64,000 nt of DNA from Lingula anatina (taxonomy: Eukaryota > Animalia > Brachiopoda): assembly GCA_051362555.1 (NCBI GenBank), contig CM120641.1, positions 32,742,401 through 32,806,400 of the forward strand, read 5' to 3'. The notes below the pieces were generated by a model that saw only the letters and a list, made by a program, of their open reading frames with translations, made no database searches and was not told the origin of the DNA. This document shows positions 38,532 through 51,670 of the stretch, piece after piece. Positions within the stretch are counted from its first letter, which is position 1, and the number at the start of each line of letters is the position of its first letter. Position numbers and translations under genes: made by a program.

Positions 38532-41500
38532 TTACTTTTCAGTTTTTATAATTATGTACTCTGGATCCTTCTTCATGTTGGTAAAATTATCTTGGTAATC
38601 ATACGAAAGGGCAAGTACGCATCCAGCTAAAATTATCCCTACAGAAAGGCCAGCTTGATCCAAGGCACTGGCTCTTCGCAGCCTAGGAAACATCTTGGAC
38701 TGAAATATGTAAAAAGTAAGAAATAGTATGATTAAGGCATACATTACCTATTACCTAGACATGGAAAAGAGCACATATACAGATATTACATGAAGAAATT
38801 CAAACATACAGATTCAATTTTACCTGGGCAAGATAGACTGTGATCCATATCTTTTTAATCTGCTAAAAATTACACAATTTACCTCTACAGGGAGTGCCTT
38901 AAAAGGTATGTTTAGCATCTCTCAAATTTTTCTGTCCAACCATCACAGTAAATAAAGTTATTAAAATTAATAAAAAGTTAAAGATAGATAGATTGGCATA
39001 CAGATTACATGTCCAAGGCGACTGCATTTATAAACTTGTACAAAATAACTTATCAAGCAAAGAATAGCTGCAAAGATGGAATTTTTTTAAAACACAAATA
39101 TAGACTATTTGCCCAATGATGTCTCTGAGCTGAGGTAAATAGACTCCTTTTCCCCTCTATTGAACTACAGGGGTCACACATTTTATTGTCAAAACAAAAT
39201 AAAATGGAACAACCATCCCAATAAACTGTGGGAATATTTTCAATAAAAAAAAAAAGACTGAGTGAAAATAAATTTATAAAAGGGTCCACAGATCATCAGA
39301 AGTATCCACAATGAAACAGAAAGACGACAATGACATTATTGAATGAGAAGCACATTTTTGGAAAACAAGGAAGCAAGGCTGTAAAGTGTACAGAAAAAAA
39401 AAGACATGGCAGCAAAGCTGTCAATTGTACAGATAAAAAGCAGAAAATAAAGATGCACAAAACAGATCACTTTGTCAATTTTGATGCAATAATTAAGTGC
39501 TTAACAGCACAATCAATCAACACCAAATTTTATTCATGCACAACAGGTAACATGGGCAATAAGAATATAGCTTCAGGTCCATAAGAGTTCAAATTCACAC
39601 AAAGAAAAATCCTAATATTTGAATAATGTGGAAATACAGTAAATGTTACAAGTACAAGGCTTCAGGTGGATGGTAGTTGAAAGTCATATCTTGGAAATGC
39701 AAGTGTTTGAAAAATGAAAATGAAAAATTAAAAAAAAAAAAAAAAGCACATCTTCCACAAAATCATAAAATATTCTAATAAATATGCTATTCAAACATTA
39801 ACTATACTAATAGGGTAGGGTTAATCTCATAAATTTTCCATAACAGGTGTTCTTTAGGCTAATTTGATGCTGAACACAAATATGACAATCATTTATTTAT
39901 ACAGCAATTATTTAGGTCAGTAAAATGACAAATTTCAAAATGAGAGCCAAAAGGGCCTACCTAGAGTTTCATCATCAACAAAGATTCTGAAGAGACTGAA
40001 GAGCCAGAATCTTTGATAATGGGGACAATGAACCACCTCAGTCATCTTGATCAATCGAAATGAGGAGTGATAAGATTTCCCAACATCTGCTGGATGGGAA
40101 TTGTAATGAAGAATCAACTATCTTACCAAACAGTGAATATTTTAAAATTATTACACTAGGATGGATGACACCTTTGTTTTACATACATGAAGAAGGAAAT
40201 CTTTAATGCCAGAATCTCCAAAAATGTATTTTTCCTGTGTTTGAGAAGAACATTTCCAACAGAAGAACTAATGAAGCATTAACTGTCTGTGAAGTACAAG
40301 GATTAAAAGTCAGATATACAAAAACAAAAGTGAAGAAGTTCAATCAATCAAAGAGTGTTTATGATATAAGATTCATCCTATTTAAGCACAATGCTTTTTA
40401 TATGTAGCCCCAACATGAACTGTTAGAAATGTTCTCATAGAGAGAAAATGTATTCTTGGATATCCAGACATTGGATATTTCCTTGGAAACTTCTTTGCTG
40501 GTCTCAGTTCATGATAGTGATAACATCACTGGCTTCTTTCATGCAAAAGAAAAAAATTCCATCCATTTCTTTTTAATCATTTAAAAACATTCACCCTTTG
40601 GTTGCTTGAGGTAAGGATAATCCTGATTCTTCCTCATAATTCACATCCAGCAGAGCTTGCGATATCTTTCACTCATCGTTTTGACTGACTGAGATCTGGC
40701 TCTTCCATCAAGCTTAACAGTAAACTTTCAACCAACAAGGTAACCAAATTCCATTTAAAATGTAAAAATGGCAGTGTTACAGACTTTACGAAAGGCGTCG
40801 GACCGTCGGACATGCCTGGCAAATTTCGTCTCGGTCCGATAAAAAATCCTGTATCGTCGGACCTTATGTCCGGCGAGTTTTCAAACTGACTGGGAATGTG
40901 TAAATACAAGGAATACGTTGTTGTTTCTTTTCTGGACGATATATTTTACTTCATTCGAAAAGAGAGACGGGGTGAAAATCTCGGGGAGTTCCCAGCTAAT
41001 TAATACATAATTTATAAACCTCAGTTTCACTCAGAAATACTATTTTGTGACTGGTTGAGGTTGGGGGATTCCTGGATGATGTAATGTACAGTCTCGTTTT
41101 CGTTTCGTAATACCCCTACTCGACAAAATGGCCGCAACACATGTGCTCGTACTATTTGCGTTTTCACAGACTTGATCCTCTGTTTCTACTTTATCAGTCG
41201 TACACAGTACTCATGGATAAACCTTTTGTTTAGAAAATGACGTTGTTGAACTTTAAACATTTCGTTGGTGCAAAGTATGGGCGGCCAAAAGGGCAAAAAA
41301 TCCTGTCGTCGATTCAGTTATGTTTCGTCGATTCACTGCCTTCCCATCGATTCAGTTTCAAGTTTAAACGATCCTGTCATAAATTCAACATCTACTTTCG
41401 TCAATTCAACTGTCAAACATTTCTCATCTACGGTGTATTAAAACCAATGCCGTCACTATTTTCGTCGATCGTGTAACTATTCTCGTCGATCGTCTAATCT

Positions 41501-44127
41501 CGTCGATCGTCCAACTAATCTCGTCGATCGTGTAACTATTCTCATCGATCGTCTAATCTCGTCGATCGTGTAACTATTCTCATCGATCGTCTATTCTCGT
41601 CGATCGTCTCATCGATCGATCGCCAGAGGGCGCTGCGGTAGCACATTGGCCTATCACATGACTATCAAAATGGCAGACAACAAAATGATTGCTAGTGAAA
41701 TAAGAACATTTTCTCAACAATTTCAATTTTAGTTCTTAATAATTAAAAGACATTCGGTTGTAGGGACATTATTTTCTAGTTGTGCTTAACTCTGACCATG
41801 GCTGGCCGAGTTAAAAATTACCGCGTGGTTGACAGACAGAAGCACGTGTTGCTACCGCAGCGCCCTCTGGCGATCGATCGATGAGACGATCGATGAGAAT
41901 AGTTACACGATCGACGAGATTAGACGATCGACGAGAATAGTTACACGATCGACGAAAACAGTTTGACGATCGACGAGATTAGTTACACGATCGACGAAAA
42001 TAGTGACAGCATTGGTTTTAATACACCATAGATGAGAAATGTTTGACAATTGAATTGACGAAAGTAGATGTTGAATTTATGCCAGGATCGTTTAAACTTG
42101 AAACTGAATCGATGGGAAGGCAGTGAATCGACGAAACATAACTGAATCGACGACATGAATTTTTGCCCTTTTGGCCGCCCATAGCAAAGCGTGGCTAAAA
42201 TTAAAACGAAGTGAGGAAGAGAAACGGAAGTTTACTAAAATTGGAAAGAAGGTAGGCCCTGGCGGACTTGTAATCTGTAGGAGAGGAAAATAGTGTGTGC
42301 CGAGTTATCATTTTGATCAATAGTAACATAAATGTTACAGCTTTATTACGGGTTCTTAAAATATGGAACTTATGTACGTATTTGCATGTACCGTTCACCA
42401 CGAGTTGGAGAAAGTGCACATGAACTTGACGAAAGCTCACAGTTGGAGTTTCTTTTTATATAAAAAAAAAAAAAAAAGAAATAAAATGAAGAAGGAACTT
42501 AGACTCGGGCTGGACAGTCCCTGTCAAAGCTTCGATTGGATGAAAGAGACTGCCTTACTGTGCTGTTTCAAAATGCATATGTTATTGCCAAAAACAACGG
42601 ATGAAATGGTTATCTGATTAACAGACGTTTTTATGGACATACGTTTGATATTACTAGCTACACGTTCTTCATACTTGTATTGGTCTTAGTCCTTGTGTCA
42701 TTCCACAAGGTCTTTTTCATTAAATAAAAAACAACTTGTTATGCAAGTAATTTTTTGTCTATTTTTTTTGTTTGTTTGTTTTTCTTTCTTATTTTACTTT
42801 TTTACAAATATATATCAAAAATTTAATATTTGATTTAATGTCAGTGATTTAAAACATTAGAAAATACACATGAAAACATGAATAATGGTTCGTATTTCTA
42901 TTATTTTACTTCGGTCTGACAGATTTTGTTTCGGTCTGACAGACTTTTCAAGCTTGTCAGACCGAATGTCTGACAGATTTTTTGGCCTTTCGTAAAGTCT
43001 GGTGTTAACTAAAACATATTTAAAAAAAAAAATTTTTTTAAACCCTAACAACATAAGAAAAGGCGTATTACAAACTATTGGTCCTTTATTTGTCGATATT
43101 GGAACTCTTGCTAGCACGTTTTGTCTGCCATTTTGAAAATTGCCATTTAACCAACATAAATGGCTGTTGTAAAAAAATAGTTGCGCATGTGTGTTGAGCA
43201 TCATTTTCTGCCATAGAAAACACTTACTGATCAAAATTTGTGCTTCACCCAACCCTTTTCAGTACAGGTATATACATACATAAAGTTACTATAAAGTTAA
43301 TGTAGTACACATGCTTTGTATGCATTTCCAAAAATAGTAAAATTACTGACCTAAAGAATGCTTCTAGCTCAAATTTCTCATCAGAAATGAACTTTCTGAT
43401 CCATTGTGCCTCCAAAATCACTAGTTCCTTTAGAGATTTCCCAAAAAAAAAGTTATTTACCCTACCCTAATTCTATGAATGACCCAAGAGATTTTTTTTT
43501 TCTGTAAATTTATATATGTAATAATACACAACGGGTACCTGCATAATTATCACCAATTCTGTTATTAAATTGACTTTAATAAACTGTATCTGGCACAGGG
43601 CCTACACCGTGAGTGTTCAAAGTCACACCTTGAAAATGTCAATGTGTGAAAAGTGAAAAATCCACACACAATGTTAAATCAGTCTTAAAAGCTAGCAAGA
43701 CATAATCAATTGAAAATTCCAGAAAGATGTTGAAAAAAAATATGATTAAGATGGTATACAAAAATGTTTACAGTCCAGATAGTAATACCATTATTAATAT
43801 AGAAGAGAGCTCCCTTGGAACGGAAAGCACAGCCAGTGCAAATCCAAAACCATAATTGCTAAACAGGAGTGCTGACCATAAAGCATGAAATATTCAAGCG
43901 AAGGTTTTTCCTGAGCGTGATCGGTATCCCCCCTCTTCCCTCCTGTTTACTTCCATTTATTTAGTACTTACGGGGTCATACATTTGTAATTCTTCCTGAA
44001 ATTCCATAAATTTTTTTGTGGTTCCGTCTTCATACCGCATTATTTTGTTACCCCGCGCTGGCACTCTAAACATTTTCATGTAGTTTGTACCTATTCTCCA
44101 ACTGATTACCCTTGCTAGGGCCGCCAT
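38532..44127 (-). CDS. Small predicted mitochondrial single-pass membrane protein, paralog B (107 aa), possibly a divergent COX7A-like protein
   Basis: Exons 44127-43972 (MAALARVISWRIGTNYMKMFRVPARGNKIMRYEDGTTKKFMEFQEELQMYDP, GTAAGT donor) and 38699-38532 (tttcag; SKMFPRLRRASALDQAGLSVGIILAGCVLALSYDYQ...KTEK*). Arg-rich acid-free N-terminus and one hydrophobic segment. Confidence 0.75.
40780..43001. mobile_element. Non-autonomous hAT-like element nested in the Academ-like remnant
   Basis: Perfect 17-bp TIR CAGACTTTACGAAAGGC / GCCTTTCGTAAAGTCTG, subterminal GTCGGAC/GTCTGAC motifs, flanking GTGTTA repeat. Confidence 0.78.
41276..42183. mobile_element. Foldback element with long TIRs, IS3EU-like termini
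   Basis: TATGGGCGGCCAAAAGGGC...GCCCTTTTGGCCGCCCATA, arms about 370 bp with TCGTCGATCG tandem units, 6-bp TSD GCAAAG (41270-41275, 42184-42189). Confidence 0.85.
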
Positions 44128-44226
44128 CTTGATTAATTATGTGCGCCACCTATCGTACATCGTACAGACTTTGTCAGTGCTTGACGTTCTTATTTTTATC
44201 TCTAGACATGTTGCCGTACCGGCAGA

Positions 44227-46596
44227 ATGACACATGCAGCCTCGTATCGATTGTGCGCTAAATACAAAGTTTTCATTTATGGTGTCATCTTTATTTTAGC
44301 TATTCAATTCTTCCTGGCATACAAATTCTATTACTGGAACCAGGATTATGAAAGACCGCAACATGAAAGAGCAGCATCTAAATGGCCTCAACACGTTGAC
44401 CAGAAACCGGTGAGTATACGTAGACTGACTGTCTACGGTCCGTACAATGGGGTGATATGTGAACCTGAGCCAGTGGAAGAAAATGCCAGTCCCATGACGG
44501 GAAGAAAACACCAGCAACTCATATTTTGGGAATTTTAGATGATTTCGAAATTCTAATACATTACTATATAACTGTACAGTACAATGTCAATAATTTTATA
44601 TTTCATATGTCGGGTACATTTCAACAACAAGATATGTCTGTGATACTAATATTAAAGTTAATAAAAATAGCTACCATTAGCCACTACATTATGAAAATAC
44701 TAAGTCCTACAATATGCAGCAATTTGCAGCAATTATGCAGTAATTGAAAGGGATGCCTGCCTGGTCTTGGGATTGGCAACAGAGAGAGAGGGACCACCTT
44801 ATACTTATATAGTAGAATAAAGATGGGAAACAGAAAACTTGTGTGTTTACATTGAGACAAGTAGACTCACTACTCATAATATCACAGCAAGACCCAGTTT
44901 AAGAAAATTAAGAATTATTTGATTTGATAAAGAGTTGTTTGTTTTGGCAGAGTAGTGTAGTACTGTATTTAAAGCAAGAAATATGAAATATGAATTTCAC
45001 TGAAGGGATTAATAATCTAGAAATTTTTTTAAAAAATCCTATCTTTAGGCATCATGAAATTTTAGTGCTGAATTTTTATTAACATTATATTTTACTATGA
45101 ACCTCAGGAGCGTATAGGGTGATCCAGTAGGTTCAAGTCCATTTTTGCCAAAATGGTTGATGTCATACTAATATAAGTTGAGTTCAGTGTAAGTAAACTT
45201 AGTTTTGTTAATCTGCTACATCAGTGGGAATTGTGCCATGTGACATCCAAATATATGTGTGGGGTCAAACTGGCTTCCTTTGCAGATAAGGGGTAGGATG
45301 GGGCCAAACTTTATGGTATTCCGCCCTCTGCAGTTTCTTGTATATTTAACCCCTTTTCTAAATAGGAAAGTTGGCATTGATTTCCAGCAGAACTAGTTTT
45401 CAGTTTGAGATGAAGTCGGAGATTTTCTTTGGTTTTGTAAAACTTGGGGAAATTGAAGAACAAAATTTGAGATCTAAAGGCACACGTGACAAGTGGGCAA
45501 AGATTGCACAAAAACAGGCAACAGGTTGTTACAAGTTTGACTTTGTTTGCAGGCTGTTTGAAATTAATTTCTCTCTTATCTCTTGCTATTGGCAATTTTG
45601 ATTTTAAAAGAAACATTTAATTTTTTCTTGCAGAGAAACCATGAGAGTCGGGAAACAAATTTTGGTGCCTTAACAGAAATGGCCTTCACTCCTGTGTGCA
45701 ATATTCAGGAGGCAGAGGCTTTATCAGCTTTAAAAAGGGCAAAGACACTGCAGTGTGAAAAAGAAATTTCAGAAGTGGCTTGCTTAGCAGAGAGCAAGCA
45801 GCTGTATAAACAAAATTTACCAAGATTTTGTCCTTTAAAAGGTACATGTTATCAATATTTTATGATTACTATGTCAAAACAGAGGGAAGTTTGTTATGAA
45901 GGATTTTCTGTTGAAAGGTTAATGGTCTTTTGTTTAAATATCTGCGGGCAAATACAGATGAATAAGTGTCATGGGATATTTTTGGTTAAAAATGATCTTA
46001 TTGAAAGCAAATGTGCATTTTTTGTTGAAAATGATCATATATACACATTATTGCGTAATTTATATTATTTACTTGATTTTTGCTTTTACATGAATCAAAT
46101 TTTGCATATTAAGCACTACTGTATAAGTCGTGGTTTTTTGCTCAGATTTGAAAAGAAAATCATTATTTTTAAGCTTCTTTTTTATTCACTTAGCATTTAA
46201 CAACTATGATTTAAGAAAAAAAACTTACTTTCAGGTGAAAATGGAGGAGAATTTATTGGTTGTTTCAAGGATGAGCAGGAAAACCGAGATCTTAATGGCC
46301 ACAATACACAGTTTTCAAAGGACAATTCTCCTCAAAAGTGCTGGAATCATTGCTTAAGAGCAGGTAGCATAAAGCTTTACGTTAACAACTGTGTTAAAAT
46401 TGCGGTGGGGTGGGAGTGTCATTTACATACCCTTAATGTGATGTATGGGTTGAGTAGTTCATTGATAAATTTGAATGGGATGAAAAGACCCCATGTTTTA
46501 AGTATATTTTGAACACTCAATACTGTCTAGTTATTAGGATTTTACATACTGTCCCACATGCTATAGTACAGTTCAAGTGCAGCAAATGAAACATGC

Positions 46597-46646
<50 letters not shown>

Positions 46647-49600
46647 CATGTTAGACCATGGACAGCCAGGTTTTAAATTTTCCAAAAAAAATTTTCAGGA
46701 TTTAAATACGCAGGTGTGCAATATGGCAAAGAATGCTGGTGTGGTAATGAGTATGGTAAATATGGCCAACTCCATGAGGCCTCCTGCAGTAGCAAGTGTC
46801 CAGGGGAGAGTGGAGCTCTGTGTGGAGGGTACAAGGCACAGAATATTTACCACACGGGGCTGGGAGGTATTTGTATAGATTGTAAAGGCAGACATTTCTC
46901 AATTTTTTGTGTTATTAAAGTAATGTATAGATTGTGAAGGCAGAGATTTCTTTATTTTTAATGTTATTAGAACATAAATTTGAAGGATCATTCTGTGTTA
47001 TAAAAGTCTCATGATGGACTGTGGATTCACCAAAATGCGTTAATATGGATTTAAACCATTTGGCCAAATGCTGTCAGTCTGTTTCCATATTAGGAATAAG
47101 AAGATAGAAAAATAAAATTTGTATTTTATCAACTGGAAAATTGTATTTCAGAAAAGCCCAATAATGCTGTCCATCTGGTCAGCTCTTTATCAGAAGAGTT
47201 TCCAAAGAATGCAGTGAGAATTGCTTTTATCTTGACTCTCAATGGTAGATCACTTAGGCAGACCAAAAGGCTTTTTAAGGCATTGTTTCATGTCAACCAC
47301 TATTACTACATCCACGTTGATTCAGTAAGTATTTGTAATTATGGTAAAAGTACGTATCAAGATTAATTGAGAAGAATTTGCTGACTTTGCTTATATTACA
47401 CTACAGTGTTGGATTTTGAAATCTGAAAAGTATTATGGAAAAAAACTTGATGTAGTATTGACAAGAGCTTCAAACAATTTTTAGGTCTAAATGCATTTTG
47501 TGAATAATTTCTAGATCTGCATCTATCTTAGAGTCATTTGTTATCTTACCCTTAGCGTCAAGAGTATCTTTATAGAGAACTTGTGAACCAATTGGCCAGA
47601 TTCCCCAATGTACGTTTTGCTCCAGTCCGTATGTCCACAATTTGGGGCGGAGCCAGTCTTCTACAGATGCTTCTCACTTGTATTAAAGATTTATTAGCCA
47701 TGAAAGATTGGAACTGGCACTTTGTTCTCAATTTAAGTGAGTCAGACTACCCTGTCAAGTAAGTGCTATTGGAAGAATCTTCTTGGTATTTGTTGATTAT
47801 TCACCTTTTTATATTAAGTTTGATGAAACTTACTTTTTGCTCTCTACTGTCAGTTAATGATCTTTACTGCTGTTTGGTATTGTGGTTGTTATTTATTAAT
47901 GTGTTTATCTATTTTTCAGAACCATTTGGGATTTAACCAACTTCCTTACAAGGTACAGACACAAAAATTTTCTCAAATCACATGGCAGAGATACCCCAAG
48001 GTAAGAATTTCTTTTTTGTGTCTTAATTTGGCATATTGAAATATGAACTGTTGATATTAGAAATGGAATATTATATTATGTCAGGATATTACTGTAAGTT
48101 TTGGTGTAATACTAGCCTCTTTCTTTAAAGTATCAAACGGATTAATAAATCCTATCCTGAAAATGAAAAATCAAAATGCATTCAAAGGATTTGATCAGAC
48201 AGAGTGACATTCTTTGTCATCTCTCACCTTTGCCTATTTGTAAAGCCTCTGTAAGTAAATGTGTCATGCCATCTAATGCAGACTAGATAAAAGTTTTGCC
48301 CATTCATCCTAAACTTATTATTAATATTATAATAGATATCTTTCATATTTCTTGTATGACCATGTGGGTTATTTGATTTTGACTCTATATGTTATTATCA
48401 GATTTATCAAGAAGCAGGGTCTAGACAGGACATTCTATGAGTGTGACACCCATATGTGGCGTCTTGGGACCCGTAGCCTTCCAGATGGCATTAGGATAGA
48501 TGGCGGTAGTGACTGGATTGCCCTAAGTCGTCCATTTGCCTCTTATGTTGTTCATGGGGATGATGCCCTCCTTGATGGGTTAAAAACAATGTACAGATAC
48601 ACACTTTTGCCTGCTGAGGTATAATGATAATCCTCAAACTTTGTATATTGATTTAGAAATGTGTGCTTTTGGCCTACTTATGCTCATAAGTTTAAACATT
48701 ACTTCAAGACACAAAACACCTGATACTGCTAATTCATAATTTTTCTGGTAATGATATAAAGAAATTTCCAATTTTCTATTTTGATTAATTTGTTTATTTT
48801 TAAGGAATCTACTTAGAAGATGTGTTTATAAAAATAGCCTACAATACATTTATATCTCAAATTTCATAATGTTATATATATGTTTTTAAATATTTTTTCA
48901 GGAATTAAATTATTTCTGTTTGTAAGTTAAGAAATTTGACATCGATATTATCAAAGAATTTATTAAAAACTTTATTGAAGAACTGTTTTGGCTGACAAGT
49001 GTCATCCTTAAATTAATTGTGAGACTCTCTCCAAAGTATTTATGGCTTATGGCTTATTTTCCTCTACAGTCCTTCTTCCACACAGTTATCCAGAACAGTA
49101 AATTCTGCACTACATTTGTGGACAACAATCTTCACCTTACAAATTGGCGCCGTAAGCAAGGCTGCAAGTGCCAGTACAAGCATATTGTTGACTGGTGTGG
49201 ATGTTCCCCAAATGACTTCAAACAAGAGGATCTCTCAAGATTACTGGTAAGAATGTGGTTTCCAAAAATCGTTTTTTTTTTTTTTTTGTTTTTTTTTATA
49301 CTTGTTTGTCTTTGGGTAAAAACATTTGGGTATTACTAGATCTACGACACATCATATGGAGTGTATATTCAAATATAGCACATTGAATATTATACACATG
49401 GCAAATAGGTAAGAATAAACTTTTTGTTCACATAGGGAACTGCAGAAAAAGTCACATTTTTTGCACGGAAATTTGAAGCCATTGTGGACCAAACTGTGAT
49501 AAACAAGCTGGATGCTGTCTTATATGGAGACTATCCAAAAGGTAGGAATAAAATTTCACATTATCAGATTTGTATGGCATATTGATCCACATCATGATAA

Positions 49601-50837
49601 ATTGTAAAATTTCAGGTTGTGGCCATCATTAATAACTTATAAGTTTATTGTAGAAATGCACAATATTAATTATGCCATGTTTTTCACACAGGAATGCCCG
49701 GGCTAGACCTGTACTGGCAGCATGACTTTCACCATGAAGACATCAACACCAAAACGGATGACGCATACTTCACTTTCTACCACTCATTTAGTAGACAGAC
49801 GGCCGATAGGCTGGAAACAATAAATCGTTGCAGAATTACACCTGATGAAATCAGAGAAGTAACTTTGTTTTCTGAATCAGATACAATGTCTGGGATATTG
49901 GTTCTTTTTTCTGTTGTGTTTGAAGAAAGGCAGTATCAAATTGAGACTTACATGAAACCCAAACACAAACCAACTAAAATCCACAGTGTTGTAGGACCTG
50001 CTGGAAGACTGGTTTCTTTGCAGGTAAGTGAATATTTTACATACTGGAAGGAAGTATCAGTTATTTTATGATAATATACATTGAATTTGGTGTTTGTTTA
50101 TACTGTTGTTTTAAAAGCTACTCTCATCTGAAATTGTTTGACAAACAGTTTTTAACTAGCATGTCTATTTTTTTCAGGTCGGCACAAATTTTGACCCCAA
50201 AGAACTTGTGTTTCGAAATTTTGGCAACTTTCTGGGACCCTACAGTGACATTAGTTTACGACATGAGTGGGGACAAGGCAAGGAATTTGATGTTACAGTT
50301 GTTTGGGTTGATCCAGCTGGTGTGATAGCTGGGTCTTTTGAAGAAACAGTGAATCAGGGAGTATATGTAGGTGCTCATAAACCACAGTTCCAAAATCCTC
50401 TCAGACCAGGAATATGGACAGTTAGATTATTGACAGATTGGCATTTAATGGCAGAGCAGGAATTTTTTATCTTGCCACTGTCACATATCAACAAGAGAAA
50501 GATCACAAAGGATGAGGCTTTGGCTGCCCACAAGGGTCCAGAAGGATTTTACAAAGAGAAAGATTTTTCAGATCTACAGAGTGTGATTTTAGTCACTGAC
50601 AAGAAGGCGGAATGTGAGAAAAATGGTCAGAAATTTGGCAAGGATCTGTTTGACTGGATTGACACGCTGAGTGCACAATTATGGTGGATTGAAGAAACGT
50701 GCGTGGTTGAATCATCAACTTCTTTCCCATGTGGAGATTTAAGAATCTGTGCAGACACAGACTGGAGTTCCAGAGCTCCAGATCCCAAATCAGAAATAGG
50801 TTCAGTTGATCCCCGTACAGGAAGGATAGAGAGATGA
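44227..50837 (+). CDS. oxt: Protein O-xylosyltransferase (oxt/XYLT family) with WSC domain, complete 12-exon gene
   Basis: Exons 44227-44409, 45634-45841, 46235-46363, 46699-46866, 47152-47324, 47556-47758, 47920-48000, 48402-48618, 49070-49246, 49436-49541, 49692-50023, 50178-50837. Type II TM anchor; WSC motifs [19 protein letters not shown]; GT14 motifs [66 protein letters not shown]; C-terminal [12 protein letters not shown]. Confidence 0.96.
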
Positions 50838-51412
50838 CATAGTTAATATTTATTGTCAATGTCTAATTCTTATGGTTGTTCTAGTTTCTGATTCCGTAAG
50901 TAATCATGGTGGTCAGTGGTGCGTTTTAAAGTCTTTTTCCTGCAATTTATGCAATGATGCACAAAGGTGCGCCTGTTTCCTTGCTGTAACTGCTATATGT
51001 TATTGAGGTATATTATTGTCTCATTTCTCTCAAATGTACGTAATGACATTTTTACATCATGCCCTTTACACATATTTGAGCTTTGCTGTCAAATTTATTT
51101 ATGCTATGCAGTTATAAAGGAGTGAACAGTATAAACATTGTCGTTGCCAGGGTATGTTTTATGAGTATATATAATATTTATATATTTATTGTACTGTATA
51201 ACAATTCCAAAATATTTTCCCTGTTTTAAACATCTCCACTTCCAAACAATTTGTCTCTTAAGGTGCTCCTCCACTTGAAAGTACATGTAACTGTCCCTAG
51301 TTTTTCTTGCAAGCTTCTCCCAAGAGAAAGCTGAGAGACTCCATTCCATTTGCAGGTAACATTTGCCGAGAGCTACTCTTGAAGCTGAAATTGCACATTT
51401 GCAAGAGACTTT

Positions 51413-51670
51413 GGCTTCGTTCACATGGAATGTCTATTTTCTAAAAATCTATTTCCTATTCGCGCTATCTTATGATCACGGTCTGTGCCCTGAATATCCT
51501 GCCGCATAATTACTGGCAGCGCGAGCCAGTTACTTATAGTAACTTATAGTAACTGGCTCGCGCTGCCAGTAATTACGCCGCGGGATATTCAGGGCACAGA
51601 CCGTGATCATAAGACATACCGCGAATAGAAAATAGAATTTAGAAAATAGACATTGCATGTGAATGAAGCC
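51413..51670. mobile_element. Harbinger-like foldback MITE (intact relative of the LTR-split copy)
   Basis: GGCTTCGTTCACATG...CATGTGAATGAAGCC, nearly fully palindromic, TTT flanks. Confidence 0.85.

Larger units (their letters stand above)
39811..43469 (+). mobile_element. Decayed DNA transposon, Academ-like, outermost of a nest
   Basis: TAGGGTAGGGTTAAT...ATTTACCCTACCCTA termini; broken coding remnants at about 39950-40620 (SVYDIRFILFK, DNITGFFHAKEK) loosely recall Academ transposase motifs. Confidence 0.55.

Noticed and set aside
41460-42000. Short repeats with variable spacing resembling a CRISPR array
   Set aside because: They are TCGTCGATCG subterminal repeats mirrored in the arms of a foldback transposon; no unique spacers or cas genes, eukaryotic context
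43904-43920. GTTTTTCCTGAGCGTGA resembling U3 snoRNA box B
   Set aside because: No boxes A, C', C or D at the expected spacing; likely chance
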